Origin: Catajapyx aquilonaris
Lineage: Eukaryota
Direction of reading: 5' to 3'
Assembly: GCA_000934665.2 (NCBI GenBank)
Contig: KZ538154.1
Coordinates: 62,001-113,961, forward strand
DNA length: 51,961 nucleotides
The position numbers and the translations under genes were made by a program. Positions 20,759 through 32,300 of this stretch are shown here, in pieces; the first letter of the stretch is position 1; each line of letters begins with the position of its first letter. The notes beneath the pieces were generated by a model. It was not told the origin of the DNA. It saw only the letters and a program-made list of their open reading frames with translations, and searched no databases.

Positions 20759-23700
20759 TTACTTTTTCCTGCTTTCCGCTTCAATCTTGATCAGAATCCT
20801 TACAATCCAATCTGCATATCTCCCAACACGTGTGAATAAAGCATAGTGCATATTATCACAGACCAAATTGGCTTTTGGAACTCCTAAACTCACTATTCCC
20901 TGAAGTGTCCAACTCGTAGAAGATCCTTCATGATTAGCAAAAACCATTCCGCCTCCACTGTCTCCATTACACACACTCGTACCTGCAATGGTAATGTTTT
21001 AGACATACGTTCAATGCAATTAAGTAGTGGTCGTTACCATTTCGGTATCCAGCGCAGTAAGTAGTTGATCTAGTAACAGCTTGAAAAAATTGTTTGAAGC
21101 TATCTGCACAGGTTTGTGCTGACACAACTGGCATTTCAGCCATCTTTAGTTCATCAGCTAGTTCCTCAGTTTCAAGAAAACCCCATCCAACCACCTACAA
21201 AAAAACTGGTTTTAGTACATCTCACAAGGGAAGGTCACAGGGTGATAATGACGGATCTTGATGAAATTTAACATGCTAATACAGGACAATATATGATACC
21301 CAAAAATGAAATATTTCATGCGGAGGCCCATATTTGCAAAAGTTATGACGTCTTAAAGTTAAAAAAAAACCATTTTCATTTGAGTTCATAAATGGATTAC
21401 ATTAGCGACCACATATAAGACCACATTGAAGTGTGTAATCAGTTTCTACACTTTGTCTCATCGGAAAAAAAGTCCTACATAACGGCTCTGTATCTCTTAC
21501 GGTTTAGGCCTTGATACCTGTCCACAGACGGACGGACGGACAGAGCCGTTATGTAGGACTTTTTTCCGATGAGAAAAAGTGTAGAAACTGATTACACACT
21601 TCAATGTGGTCTTATATACCACATATAATGACATTGAAGTGTGTAATCACACACTTCAATGTCATTATATGTGGTCGTTAATGTAATCTCATTATGAATG
21701 AAAATGTACTATTTTTGGAACTTTAAGACGTCCTAACTTTTGCAAATATGGGCCTCCGCACGAAATATTTCATTTTTGGGTATCATATATTGTCCTGTAT
21801 TAGCATGTTAAATTTCATCAAGATCCGTCATTATCACCCCGTGACCTTCCCTTGTCAGTATCTCACTCATTCAGCATACTTACAGTGCCAACATTGTTTT
21901 CTGCCAATTGAACATCCTCCACTAATGTTTGAAGTGATCTGGGTATGCATACAGGTCGGACAAAGTACGTGAGAGTCACATCTTCTTTGAATGTCAATAT
22001 GGCAATGTCGGAGTCGAAACTTTGAGGGTTGTAACTTGAATGGAGATAGATTGCGGAAACCTGTTAAATAGGCATTGATAAACATGGCATCAAGGTCATT
22101 TTGATGTAATTGGCATACCTCTCTGGATTGAACATTTTCGTCATTTTGTTCCATAGCTCGGTAATATTTTCCCATGTACACCTTTACGGATGATGTAATA
22201 CGAGTCGTCGTTTTTCCAGGCTCGGTCACACAATGTCCGGCTAAAAGATATTATGAAGTGTCAAATCTTATTTATATTTCACAACGTATGTTCGCAATTC
22301 AAGTCCAATATGCTAAAAACCTTCCCAGTTAAAAACTACCCCTAATGATCCCCCTGGGGCATACGTAGAGGCCTCCGTATTGATTTGCATTGCGAACATA
22401 TACGCTGTGAAATATATTCGTAATACAAATCAATACGGAGGCCTCTATGTATACCACAGGGGGATCATTAGGGGTAGTTTTTAACTGGGAAGGTTTTTAG
22501 CGTAATGTTATACCTGTAATTACTGCATTTTCCGATATCAGCGAACCACCACATATGTATTTCCATTTTCCTTCTGATTGTAAGTATAGAGCAACATGCC
22601 AAGGCCATTGTCCTCTGGTGGTAGGTTGCCCATATGTAATCAAAGGCTTCTTGGGAATATCCGATTTGCCACATTCTGTAAATGTATCAGGTTATTACAT
22701 ATGGTACACTGACCAGTACTTATAAACCACCCACCTGCCTGACATGTAAAACTTCCTGAACCTGTCCAGGTACCATCATCCTTACACGTTCGGTAATGAA
22801 CCGGAAGCTTATTAGATGGAGTGTAATAATTGTTGCAACTGTACGTAGCTTCTGTACCAGGTCTTACAGTATTTTCACAACTACTTATCTGGAACGTTGT
22901 GTTATGTACACATTCAATTTGTACTCCTTTACTAGGGTGCAGGGGAGGACATGCCATGATGGTACCACCGGTACTGGGCCTACCAGTAGGACGTGTAGGG
23001 GAACTAGTTTGAGGTCGTGTAGGTGCATTGGTGTGAGGTCGTGGTGGACCTTCAGGCTCACTGTCTGATACACAAATTGGTGTTGGTTGACTCCAGTGAC
23101 CTCCTCTTTGGCACACTGTACGATCCTGTCCATGTAGGTAGTACCCACGGTTGCACGAAAATGATACCAAAGTACCATATGGGACACGACCTCTTTGGTT
23201 GTAACAGACAGGGTTATCATGATCTTGGTCACAACCAGCAATTTCCATGTGTCCTCGTTTAGGTTTGGATGGTAGTTGGCAGCCATTTCCTTGGTTGATT
23301 TGTTCGTTGGTACCGCCTTGGTTTTCCCATCCTTGTTGGCCAGGGTTGGGTCTTCCATGGCCATTTCCAGGTTTGTCTGGACGGTGACCTGGTGGGATAG
23401 GTTTGTTTCCAGGTCGACCTCGGTTGTTTTTCTTACGCTGACCTGGAGGACCATTAGGTAGTTCATCGTCCTCTAGTTCATAACCCTTGTCGGAATATTG
23501 CCGTCGACGACGACGACGTGCTGCGTTGGGGTCGTGACATGGGGGTTCGCGGCAACGCCTGGAAAATAAAGAATATGTTAATTTGGAAAGAGTGTATGAA
23601 AACTGTAGTTTCACACACTGTGATGTCAGACATGATGATGATATGACTACCGCGGGTTGTTCACCCACATACGGTACAGTAGCCTATATAAATTAGGTCA

Positions 23701-24896
23701 TGGATATGAAGACTGGTAATAAAAGCACGATCCTTTGCAATGGGTGAAGGACACCAATACTGAGCGTTGGTTCAAGTACAGTATTCTAGTACAATATTTC
23801 AAGGCCAACGCGAATTTCACCTTTGTCCTTTTATACATACTGCGCGTAAAGAATACCTCAGTTTTTGCTAAGACGCCACAAAATTGTGTGTGCATATCAC
23901 GTAGGACCAACAAAATTGCAATATCAAGATACAAACGTCTAATAAAAAATGATGCCTGTTGTTCCCATTTAAGCAGGTAGTTTTTGTATAACTAATGGCT
24001 ATTAATGGATATCAGAAGTTATGATATTATAATTAAATCGATTTGATTATCCAATGTCTCCATCGAATTCACCCAATTTTCGCCTAAAGTTTGACAATAG
24101 GTGTCTGCTTTTATTGTTTCAACTTTACACACATTCATTTTGGAATTCATTCATTTTAAAAAGATATTTGCATACGTGTAAGGTTTTGGTGTAGGTCTGC
24201 ACAATCCTCCTTCATCAGATGCATCATCACAGTTAGCGAATCCATCACAAACTTGTTGTCGAGGTATGCAACCACCTATGTGGCACTGAAATTCATCCCC
24301 TCTGAAAAATAATGACAAAATGAATATAATTGATAATGTGAGTTATTAATAGTGTTTACCTGCAATTTTGCCGCCGGTAGTTATCACATAATGAAGGATC
24401 TTCATCACTTCTATCTGAACAGTCAGCTTGACCGTTGCACACTTCATTGTCAGTTAAACAATTGAGTCCATCACGGCATGCAAAATTGCGTGAATTACAT
24501 ATCCTGTTACCAATTACTATAGACACTGGAAAGAAAATAGCAAATGTAAAAAATATCTATTAATATGCCAATTTGCAAGAAATTATTAGAAATTAACTAA
24601 TTGAATTATTTTGGTGAATTAATTTATCAGACAATTGAATAATTTTGCCACTAGAAGTTTATCAAGATTGTAAACTCAAACTTTGGGCTAATAATTAATA
24701 AATGATATATTAATATAACTACAGTAATATATCAACATATCTATGATAGTACTGTATTTTATCGCACCAAAAGGCGCCAATTGTTTTGTAATGACGTTTT
24801 ATTTTATTTACTTGCCACCTACAAAATAAATAATTATTGGATCCTACCTGAAATGGCAAAAATAATCAGCAGCACCTGACAATAGTGGACATACAT
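20759..24896 (-). CDS. Modular serine protease gene B: signal peptide, 2 LDLa, RRRRRR site plus G/P/N/Q-rich region, CCP, T/P linker, CCP-like, active S1A protease
   Basis: Exon 24848-24896 (MYVHYCQVLLIIFAIS); LDLa exons ~24360-24525 and ~24176-24301; large exon ~22735-23558; protease exons with ECG...[34 protein letters not shown]; stop at 20759. Confidence 0.88.
21225..21854. mobile_element. Tc4/Tc5-like non-autonomous fold-back transposon, intron of gene B
   Basis: Ends CAAGGGAAGGTCAC / GTGACCTTCCCTTG; near-continuous inverted repeat over most of its length; TCA duplicated on both sides within a CTCAG (CTNAG) target. Confidence 0.85.
22274..22501. repeat. Nested palindrome / MITE-like inverted repeat, intron of gene B
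   Basis: 22312-~22387 is the reverse complement of ~22426-22501 (GCTAAAAACCTTCCCAGTTAAAAACTACCCCTAATGATCCCC); the loop is also complementary to 22274-22298. Confidence 0.8.
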
Positions 24897-26062
24897 CCTG
24901 ACCGTCCACCTCACGCACACTAACTGTCAAACCCTAATTTTTTTTGGGTGGCAAACAGGTCAGCAGCGTTGCACCAAGCCACATGAACTCGACATAGAAT
25001 GAAATGGAAAATCTGGTTACATGTGGATAATGGTATGCTCACCTCATCAAGGTCACGTGGCAATGCTGCATGTCTGCCTTTTCTTTACACAAGGTAATCC
25101 CCCACAAGTTTTCAATGCTTTCAAAGAAGGTGTAATCTGGCAACACGTTAGGTTCTCATCCGGAAGGTCAGTTTTTTCTCAACTGGATCGGGGACTTTGG
25201 TTTGACGTCAGGTTGTCAGTTCATAGAACAAAACAACTTTTTAAAAGTCATTGTTTCGCTAAGCCAAAATGTGCAGGTACAGGTAATACCGGTCAACTCC
25301 GCATTTGCCTAAACTTGATTTTTCTTACGTAAACTGTCCTCTAAAATAATGGGTCATTTTGAAAGGTACTTGTTGCTCGTTTCATGAACGTTGCATCAGT
25401 ATTGTGAAAAAAAAATCATTCAATATTATTTCCTAGAAATTTGGGATTTTTGATTGTGTAATGAAGCCCTATATATAAAGAGGTTATCTGCGTTTATTAC
25501 TATATCGTCGTCATATATTAGACATAACCAAAATTAATTTTTAAGCAAATTTGGCGGTTTAGGACAGTTCAATTTGTGATATTCATAGTCCAAAATTATT
25601 GCATGTGATGAAAAGTCGGACTATATCATGTTTTTGTACTGGTGTGAAAAAAAAGGATGTGAGGTCCAGTGCGTCTGGGATTTTCCACAATCGTCATTTG
25701 TATGGCTTACACTTCAAGCTTTTGTGTAAGGCATAATACCAGTCATAAATACCTTCCACGAATGTAAAATTTCACACAAAATATTTGAACACACATTCAG
25801 GTTACAAAAGTTCAAGGTCACCTTGCATACTTGTCATTTTGTGACACTGAGACGTAATTCCGCATTGTGTCAGGTCAGTAAATTCAATTGACATATTACG
25901 TAACATAGTACCGGCAAAATAATCGCATCGTCTACAAGTCAGCTACCATGAGAAGTGCACACGTCACAGGAAAACTGCGGTTATAGTCAACTGGAAGTGC
26001 TGTGGTTTTCAGTGTACTATAATAATTGGCGAGCTCAAACCCATGGATATTCTCTCAACACC
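24897..26062. promoter_or_regulatory. Divergent promoter region shared by genes B and C, with kappaB-like motifs
   Basis: Head-to-head start codons 1.17 kb apart; GGGATTTTCC at 25677-25686; GGGGATTACC on the minus strand at 25093-25102; TCAAGGTCA at ~25047 and ~25812; TGACGTCA at ~25203. Confidence 0.45.
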
Positions 26063-28974
26063 ATGATATTACCTGCATTTATCCTGCTGCTATGTTGTAA
26101 GTATATAGCTATAATTTGTGTGTTTTATAGCCTTTCGTGCTATTGTCTCACAGTATGAATTGCGTATTACATTATTTAACCTTGGATATAGCTACTTAAT
26201 TCATGTTTGTTTTTTAGGCAGCAGTTGGGCACGAATATTGAATCCATGTAATCCTGGCAGTTTTAAATGCTCAGGTGACCTCAGTTGCATTTCACAAGGA
26301 GCTGTCTGTGATGGTTGGTCAGACTGTCCGGATGGGTCAGATGAAGATATCATCACATGTGGGTCATTGATACGACTTAAGAGACGATCAACTGCTAAAG
26401 TGTGCAACCAAGCAAAATCACCAGCGAATGGTCAAGTGTCATACCCTGATTGTCTAAAATCGGAATATGAATTTGCTCCGATATGCATAGGCAATTCAAA
26501 TTTGGGAAAAGTGAGTGATGGATGGGAAGCTCAATTTAAATGCAAATCTGGTTTCACATTACAAGGAAGCTCTACAATCAAGTGTAACGTAGGAGTATGG
26601 AGTGATGATGAACCTACATGTGTCAAAGATGGTAAGTTAATTTTAATTAATATTTTATACATTCACTTATGCAACATATTTTCAGATTCTGGACCCAAAT
26701 CATGCACTCTTCCTACTAAACCACCCAATGGAGAGATGGAGGTGCAAGGGTGTACCCCAGATTCATATCACCCTAGTTGCCTAATGGTAAAAGGATCTGT
26801 TTTGCCTCCAAATAGTATGATCATATTTTCGTGCAATAATGGGTACAGCCTACAAGGATCTCGAATTGCCACATGCTTGAATGGCAAATGGACTCCAAAT
26901 ATTCCATCATGTGTGATTGGTAAGTTGTCACTATTTGTTGCTTTGTGAAGGTCTAACCACCTCCTTTTACAGCTGAAGCACCTCCAACCAATGCACCTCC
27001 TACCAAAGCACCTCCAACCAATGCACCTTCCAATTGCCCAAAACTCCAGCTTAATCCAAATGTGAGAGCCAAATGCAGTTTGTCCAACAATGCTGAGGTT
27101 GACTGTAATCAAGAGCTGCCTCATAGGAGTAAGGTAGTTCTGGAATGTGACCCATATTATGTTCCCAACACAGGCTTGTCTCGTATGACTTGCCAGAATG
27201 GTAGATGGACACACAGCAGCTTCTTTTGCACTGCAGGTAACATTAATAGTATAGAGTGTGACATTTCATTGCTTGATGCATTGTGCACATAATGGTGAAT
27301 TTTGTAATTGTTTGTGGACAGTAAGATTACATGGCCACCTTACAAACTATATGCGAAAACAATGCATGTTTAAAATTATTCTTGAATGTCATGCATAGGT
27401 ATGAGTGACTCTGTGCCTGAGGAAGCTGTCAAGAGCCTCCTCGATGAAATGAGGATGCTTAAAGAGGAAGTAACGATGATTGGAAAAGAAACTCGAGAGA
27501 AATTGGATGAGCTTGGAACCATGATTGAAGCAATAGCAGAACAAGTGGGGCTTTATCCATCTATTGATGTGCGTTCGGGGACTCCAAGAAAAACAGAAAA
27601 TGTCGATGATCCTAATAAAACTATTTTGCCATTATAACCTAAACAAAAGTAGTTACATTATTGTATAACGTAATTCTTATTTACATATTTATGCCAAAGA
27701 AGAAATAATTTTCAATGTTTAAGTTTACTCTCACTACTTTTAATCAAACTCGACAATGCAAACTCACGAATACTCAGTATACATATCACACATGACTAGT
27801 CATTTATGTAGTCAATTCAATAAATACGACCCACAATGCATTTTTCAAGCATATGAAATGTCAAGCTGTCTTATTTCGTTTACCTTGTCCCTGCCAACAA
27901 CATTTTCATTATATTTTGTAGAATGTGGTGTGGCCGATGTCACTCGTGAAGCATTCATAGTTCATGGTGTTCCCACCATGAGAGGACAATGGCCATGGCA
28001 TGCTGCTATCTATCAGCTCAGGAAATCTGAATGGACCTACATATGTGGTGGATCACTCATTAAAGAAAATATTGTGATCACAGGTAATAAATCATACCAC
28101 GTAATAAATTGCATTGGATTTATGTACATAATTTACAGCTGCTCACTGTGTCACTCAACCTTCCACAACTGCTATTGTTGATGATACTACTCTTAAAGTG
28201 GTACTGGGAAAGTATTCTTCCAACTACTCAGAGAAAGAAGAAGGGACACAGGAATCAAATGTCTGTAGCAGTGTAGTTATGTTCATTTTGTCAAACTTAA
28301 ACATGTGTCAACATTTTAGATTCAGACAATATTAGTACACAGCACTTACGACCCAAACCTCTTCAGTTCTGACATTGCTCTACTTGTACTGGAAATTCCT
28401 GTCACATACAGTTACTATGTGCGGCCTGTTTGTTATCCAGAAAACTCTGAAATTGATGAACAACTGTTCTTTAGCAGTAATGTAGGATGGGTAAGTTTTC
28501 TATTCACTAGGTGTACTCAGATTTAATCGTATTTATCTATGACTGTTGTATGCCTACTGATGCAGGTTGCAGGATGGGGCATAGATGAAAACAACCAAGT
28601 GTCCAAAGAACTACGGAAAGCTTCTCTTCAAACAGCTTTTGGATATAAATGCAGAGAAAAGGGATACCCAGTGTCTGATTCGACATTTTGTGCTGGAAAC
28701 ACCAATGGTAATAACTATTCATGTTGTTACAGTAGTACAGTACAATCAACTTCATCTCATTATTACAGGAACTAATGTTTGCAATGGTGACAGTGGAGGA
28801 GGTATGGTGTTCCCATATGGCAGAGGTTTGGACACCAAATGGTACCTGGTTGGTGTTGTCAGCTTTGGTGTTCGTAAAAGAGGATCACCGCATTGTGATC
28901 CAACTCATTACAGCCTTTTTACACGAGTGGGAAAATTTTCAGATTGGTTGGGATGGACCATTATTGAATTATAG
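26063..28974 (+). CDS. Modular serine protease gene C: signal peptide, LDLa, RLKRR site, 2 CCP, (APPTN) linker, CCP-like, active S1A protease
   Basis: Exons 26063-26096 (MILPAFILLLC), 26218-26631, 26686-26919, 26973-27236, 27922-28083 (ECG...AF/IVHG, WPWH), 28139-28260 (AAHC), ~28320-28489 (SSDIA), 28566-28707, 28769-28974 ([10 protein letters not shown]); all junctions in frame. Confidence 0.9.
26978..27028 (+). repeat. Coding 15-bp tandem repeat (APPTN/APPTK x3+)
   Basis: GCACCTCCAACCAAT GCACCTCCTACCAAA GCACCTCCAACCAAT GCACCT, a mucin-like linker in gene C. Confidence 0.85.
27399..27637 (+). CDS. Candidate alternative terminal exon of gene C (~79-aa helical tail replacing the protease domain)
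   Basis: Acceptor CATAG| is phase-compatible with the donor at 27236; open, protein-like frame GMSDSVPEEAVKSLLDEMRMLKEEVTMIGKETREKLDELGTMIEAIAEQVGLYPSIDVRSG...; AATAAA at ~27819. Confidence 0.6.
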
Positions 28975-29346
28975 GTTGATGCTTGAAGGCTGGATTGCTC
29001 AATGGCTGTAATGTTTTGATGGCCTATATTTTTACCAAACAATGAGTAAGAGTGAAATATGAACTATGAAAACTTTTGAGGGATATTGAAATCTTGGTCA
29101 TTGGTCATGTTGATCTCATGCTGATATGAGCAAATTCAGAGGACATATTGGTGCAATAAAGAGTCAATAAGAAACAATTAGAAATGATTTTTTATTTAAG
29201 TTGTCCTAACTAGATACTCTTCCAGAATCATGAAAGCTGCAGCCATTTTTTCCTAAAACGTATTGCTGTGGGGAGAGTATCAATGGCATGTATTAAACTA
29301 CCAACAACTGTGCATTTATATTTTATATTTAATATTGAAACATATA

Positions 29347-32300
29347 CTAACCTACTCTTCTCTTGCACCCAATTTTGGCACGTTGTCTCTTGCACTTCTT
29401 GGTACAAATTTCCTTAAATCTAAATATCCTACACCTGTGACCTGCCATTGTCCTGAAATAGATTTTTCCACATCATCATTATGTAAAATGCATGAAGAAC
29501 ATAATACTGACCTAATCTGGTCATCAAACATAACACTTCGAGCATTAGCCCATTTCCATAAAAGGCTTTTCCGCAGTTGGTGACCCACCCCGACAGGTGA
29601 CTGCCATGATGACAAAACCTTCCCTAGTATACTTAGCACATGCAACTATAATAAAAAACAGCATCTGATGATAGCAGTAGGGCTATGCTGAAATATTATG
29701 TAAAACACTTTTGATAAGACATACTTGCTGATCTGAAGTGCTGATTGTCAGGATGCTTGCTGCCATCTCATTGCAGACATATTTAGCCTGCCTCCAAGTT
29801 TTCCTCATACCAAATGAGAACCAGTAACAAGTTGGAGGATTTCCATACCAATTTTGGGGACATGCTGAGTTGTCAGAAAATGTCTTTTGACACCCAATTA
29901 TTTGTGCACGTTTTAAATTGCATGGTTTTTCTGCCACTGCTAGCTCTACTGTGCATGTTTCGTCTTCATTTGTATTGTTTCCCATATTTTTAGTGAGAAT
30001 TTTGGCACCTTAAATATGAAGTTCCATAATTACACCACCTGATTTTGTCAACAATAATTCAATATTTGTATACCTGTACTTGGCCAAACAGCAGGGGTGT
30101 GAGTGGATGCAATCATCCCTTTGATCCAATCTATATAACTGCTAACTTGAACATAAACCGAGTAGGCTTTAGGTATGCAGGTTCGGTTATGAGTATGGGC
30201 CAATCCAAAACTGACCACTCCTTCTACCTGCCACTTGCTACTTCCATCAATCCGGGTGACTAGGCCACCACCGCTGTCACCAGTACACACATTGGTGTTG
30301 TTCATGAAACCAGCACAAAATACTCCATCTGGTAAACTTCCATTGTAGTAATTCAGACATGTTGTCCAATTTTTCACGAGTAGTTTACCCTGATGCAATT
30401 CGGATGGATGTAATTCTAGCTCATTCCATCCCCAACCAACTACCTGTAATAAATAACATGATTTTTATGCTTGTAAGATTTACTAAGAATAAACTTACTG
30501 TGGCAATGATGCCTGCTCTTGGAATTATGCCCGGACTGGGTAGACACACGGGACGAACATTACTAGAAAACTTAACAGGCTTCTCCAGTACCAGAAGAGC
30601 AATATCAGCCTCCAGAGATTCATAGTCATAATGATGATGAGGAATGATTCGCTTGACTCTCACTGTCTCCACGTACTGGTCATCTTTTTCAAACTCCAAA
30701 AAGTGCTTTCCTAATGCTACCAGCAAATCTGCTGGTGGCAAAATTCTGCTCACATTCAGACCCACACAGTGACCAGCTAAAATAAAGAATGATTATGAAC
30801 TGTTTTTGCATCAGTACGACTCATGACATACCTGTCAAAACTATTTGCTGGGTGATGAGAGTACCACCACAACTAAAAACCCATGTAATGTAGTCCCTCA
30901 CGTATATTCCAACATGCCAGGGCCACTGTCCACGAAATAGTACTTTTTGTCCATTGTGGATAAAAGTAGCTCTTGTTTCATCCATACTGCCGACACCACA
31001 AATGGGTCTACACTGCAGTGGTGAGTTCCCTACCCATTGCCCTCGGTGGGTACACATTATCACACTGTCGGAAAAATCGACAGCAGGCTCCCAGAACTGA
31101 TCACAGTGAAATCGAGCAGTGGATCCAACAAAATGGGTCTGGTGACATGATATGGACCTTCCAAATCTGTCTGAACAAGCCACAAATGCTCCTGGGTCAG
31201 AATGAACAGGAAGACATGATACCGAATTGGATGGGGGATTGATATGTGTTTCTTGTCCCTTGGATTCTGTAATAGAAAATGTTTTGTAATTTTTCAAGCA
31301 GTCCAAAATAGATTGACAGTCAGACATTACCAAGTGGGAAGTTGCAAAGAAATGGAAGAGTGGAAGAACAGTCCAATGGTGTCCATTGGGAATTATTGTT
31401 AGATTGTGTCGAATCATATGTCATGCACTTCTTTGATGATGCACTGATGCCATCTTGCCAGTTGACCCAAAAAGAAACTGGACTTGAATCGGCCCATTGC
31501 CACTGACCATACCTGTGGCTTAGCCCAATCCATAACAATGGCACTATTTGATCTGCAAAGAAACATATCTCAAGGGATTGATACAAGCAGCCTCTACATA
31601 TACGGTATCTGTCATACCAAGTATAAACCTCAGCTGATGAGGATACGTGATTGAAACTAGTTCACCCCCTTGCTGCTGACACACCTCCTTGGCACCATCC
31701 CATGATGCCTTGTAATCAGATATGTAAATGCAAGCAGAACTGACAGATGTCCACCACTGTGTAGGACATGACATGCTAGCCTTTTGGCAGGCAAAATTAT
31801 ACTGATAATAGCATGGCACACTTAACAAGTCTCCTCCGTAGTCCAATGCAGCACAGTGGTAAGAAACATCATTCTTCCACCTGTGGCCAACATGGGTTTG
31901 TCCAACCCACAAACGATGATGCAGGTAGCGTGATGCTACTGTGTCATCATCAACACTTCGAATCATAGCCAAATGAGCCCTGTCATCAAGTTGACTACAT
32001 TGTTGTTCTGCATTTTGCCAGGCAGCTTCTTTTCTGGAGAAAAACCAGCATTCATTATTTTCCAAGATCCAGCTAGGTGGACAGGGACCTGTAATGAAAA
32101 AAATAGCAATGACATTCCTAGGTTCTGCCAGAACACACATACACTTACTGGAAGGCTTCTTGCAAATGAAACGCTGATATGATTGGCATGACTCGCTTTC
32201 CCATGTCAATGCATCAGAAAGTGTTATGCAGGTTTCGTTTGTATGATCTGGTTCACCCGTGACACCCCATTGCTCCATGTCCAGCTCGGATCCATCAATC

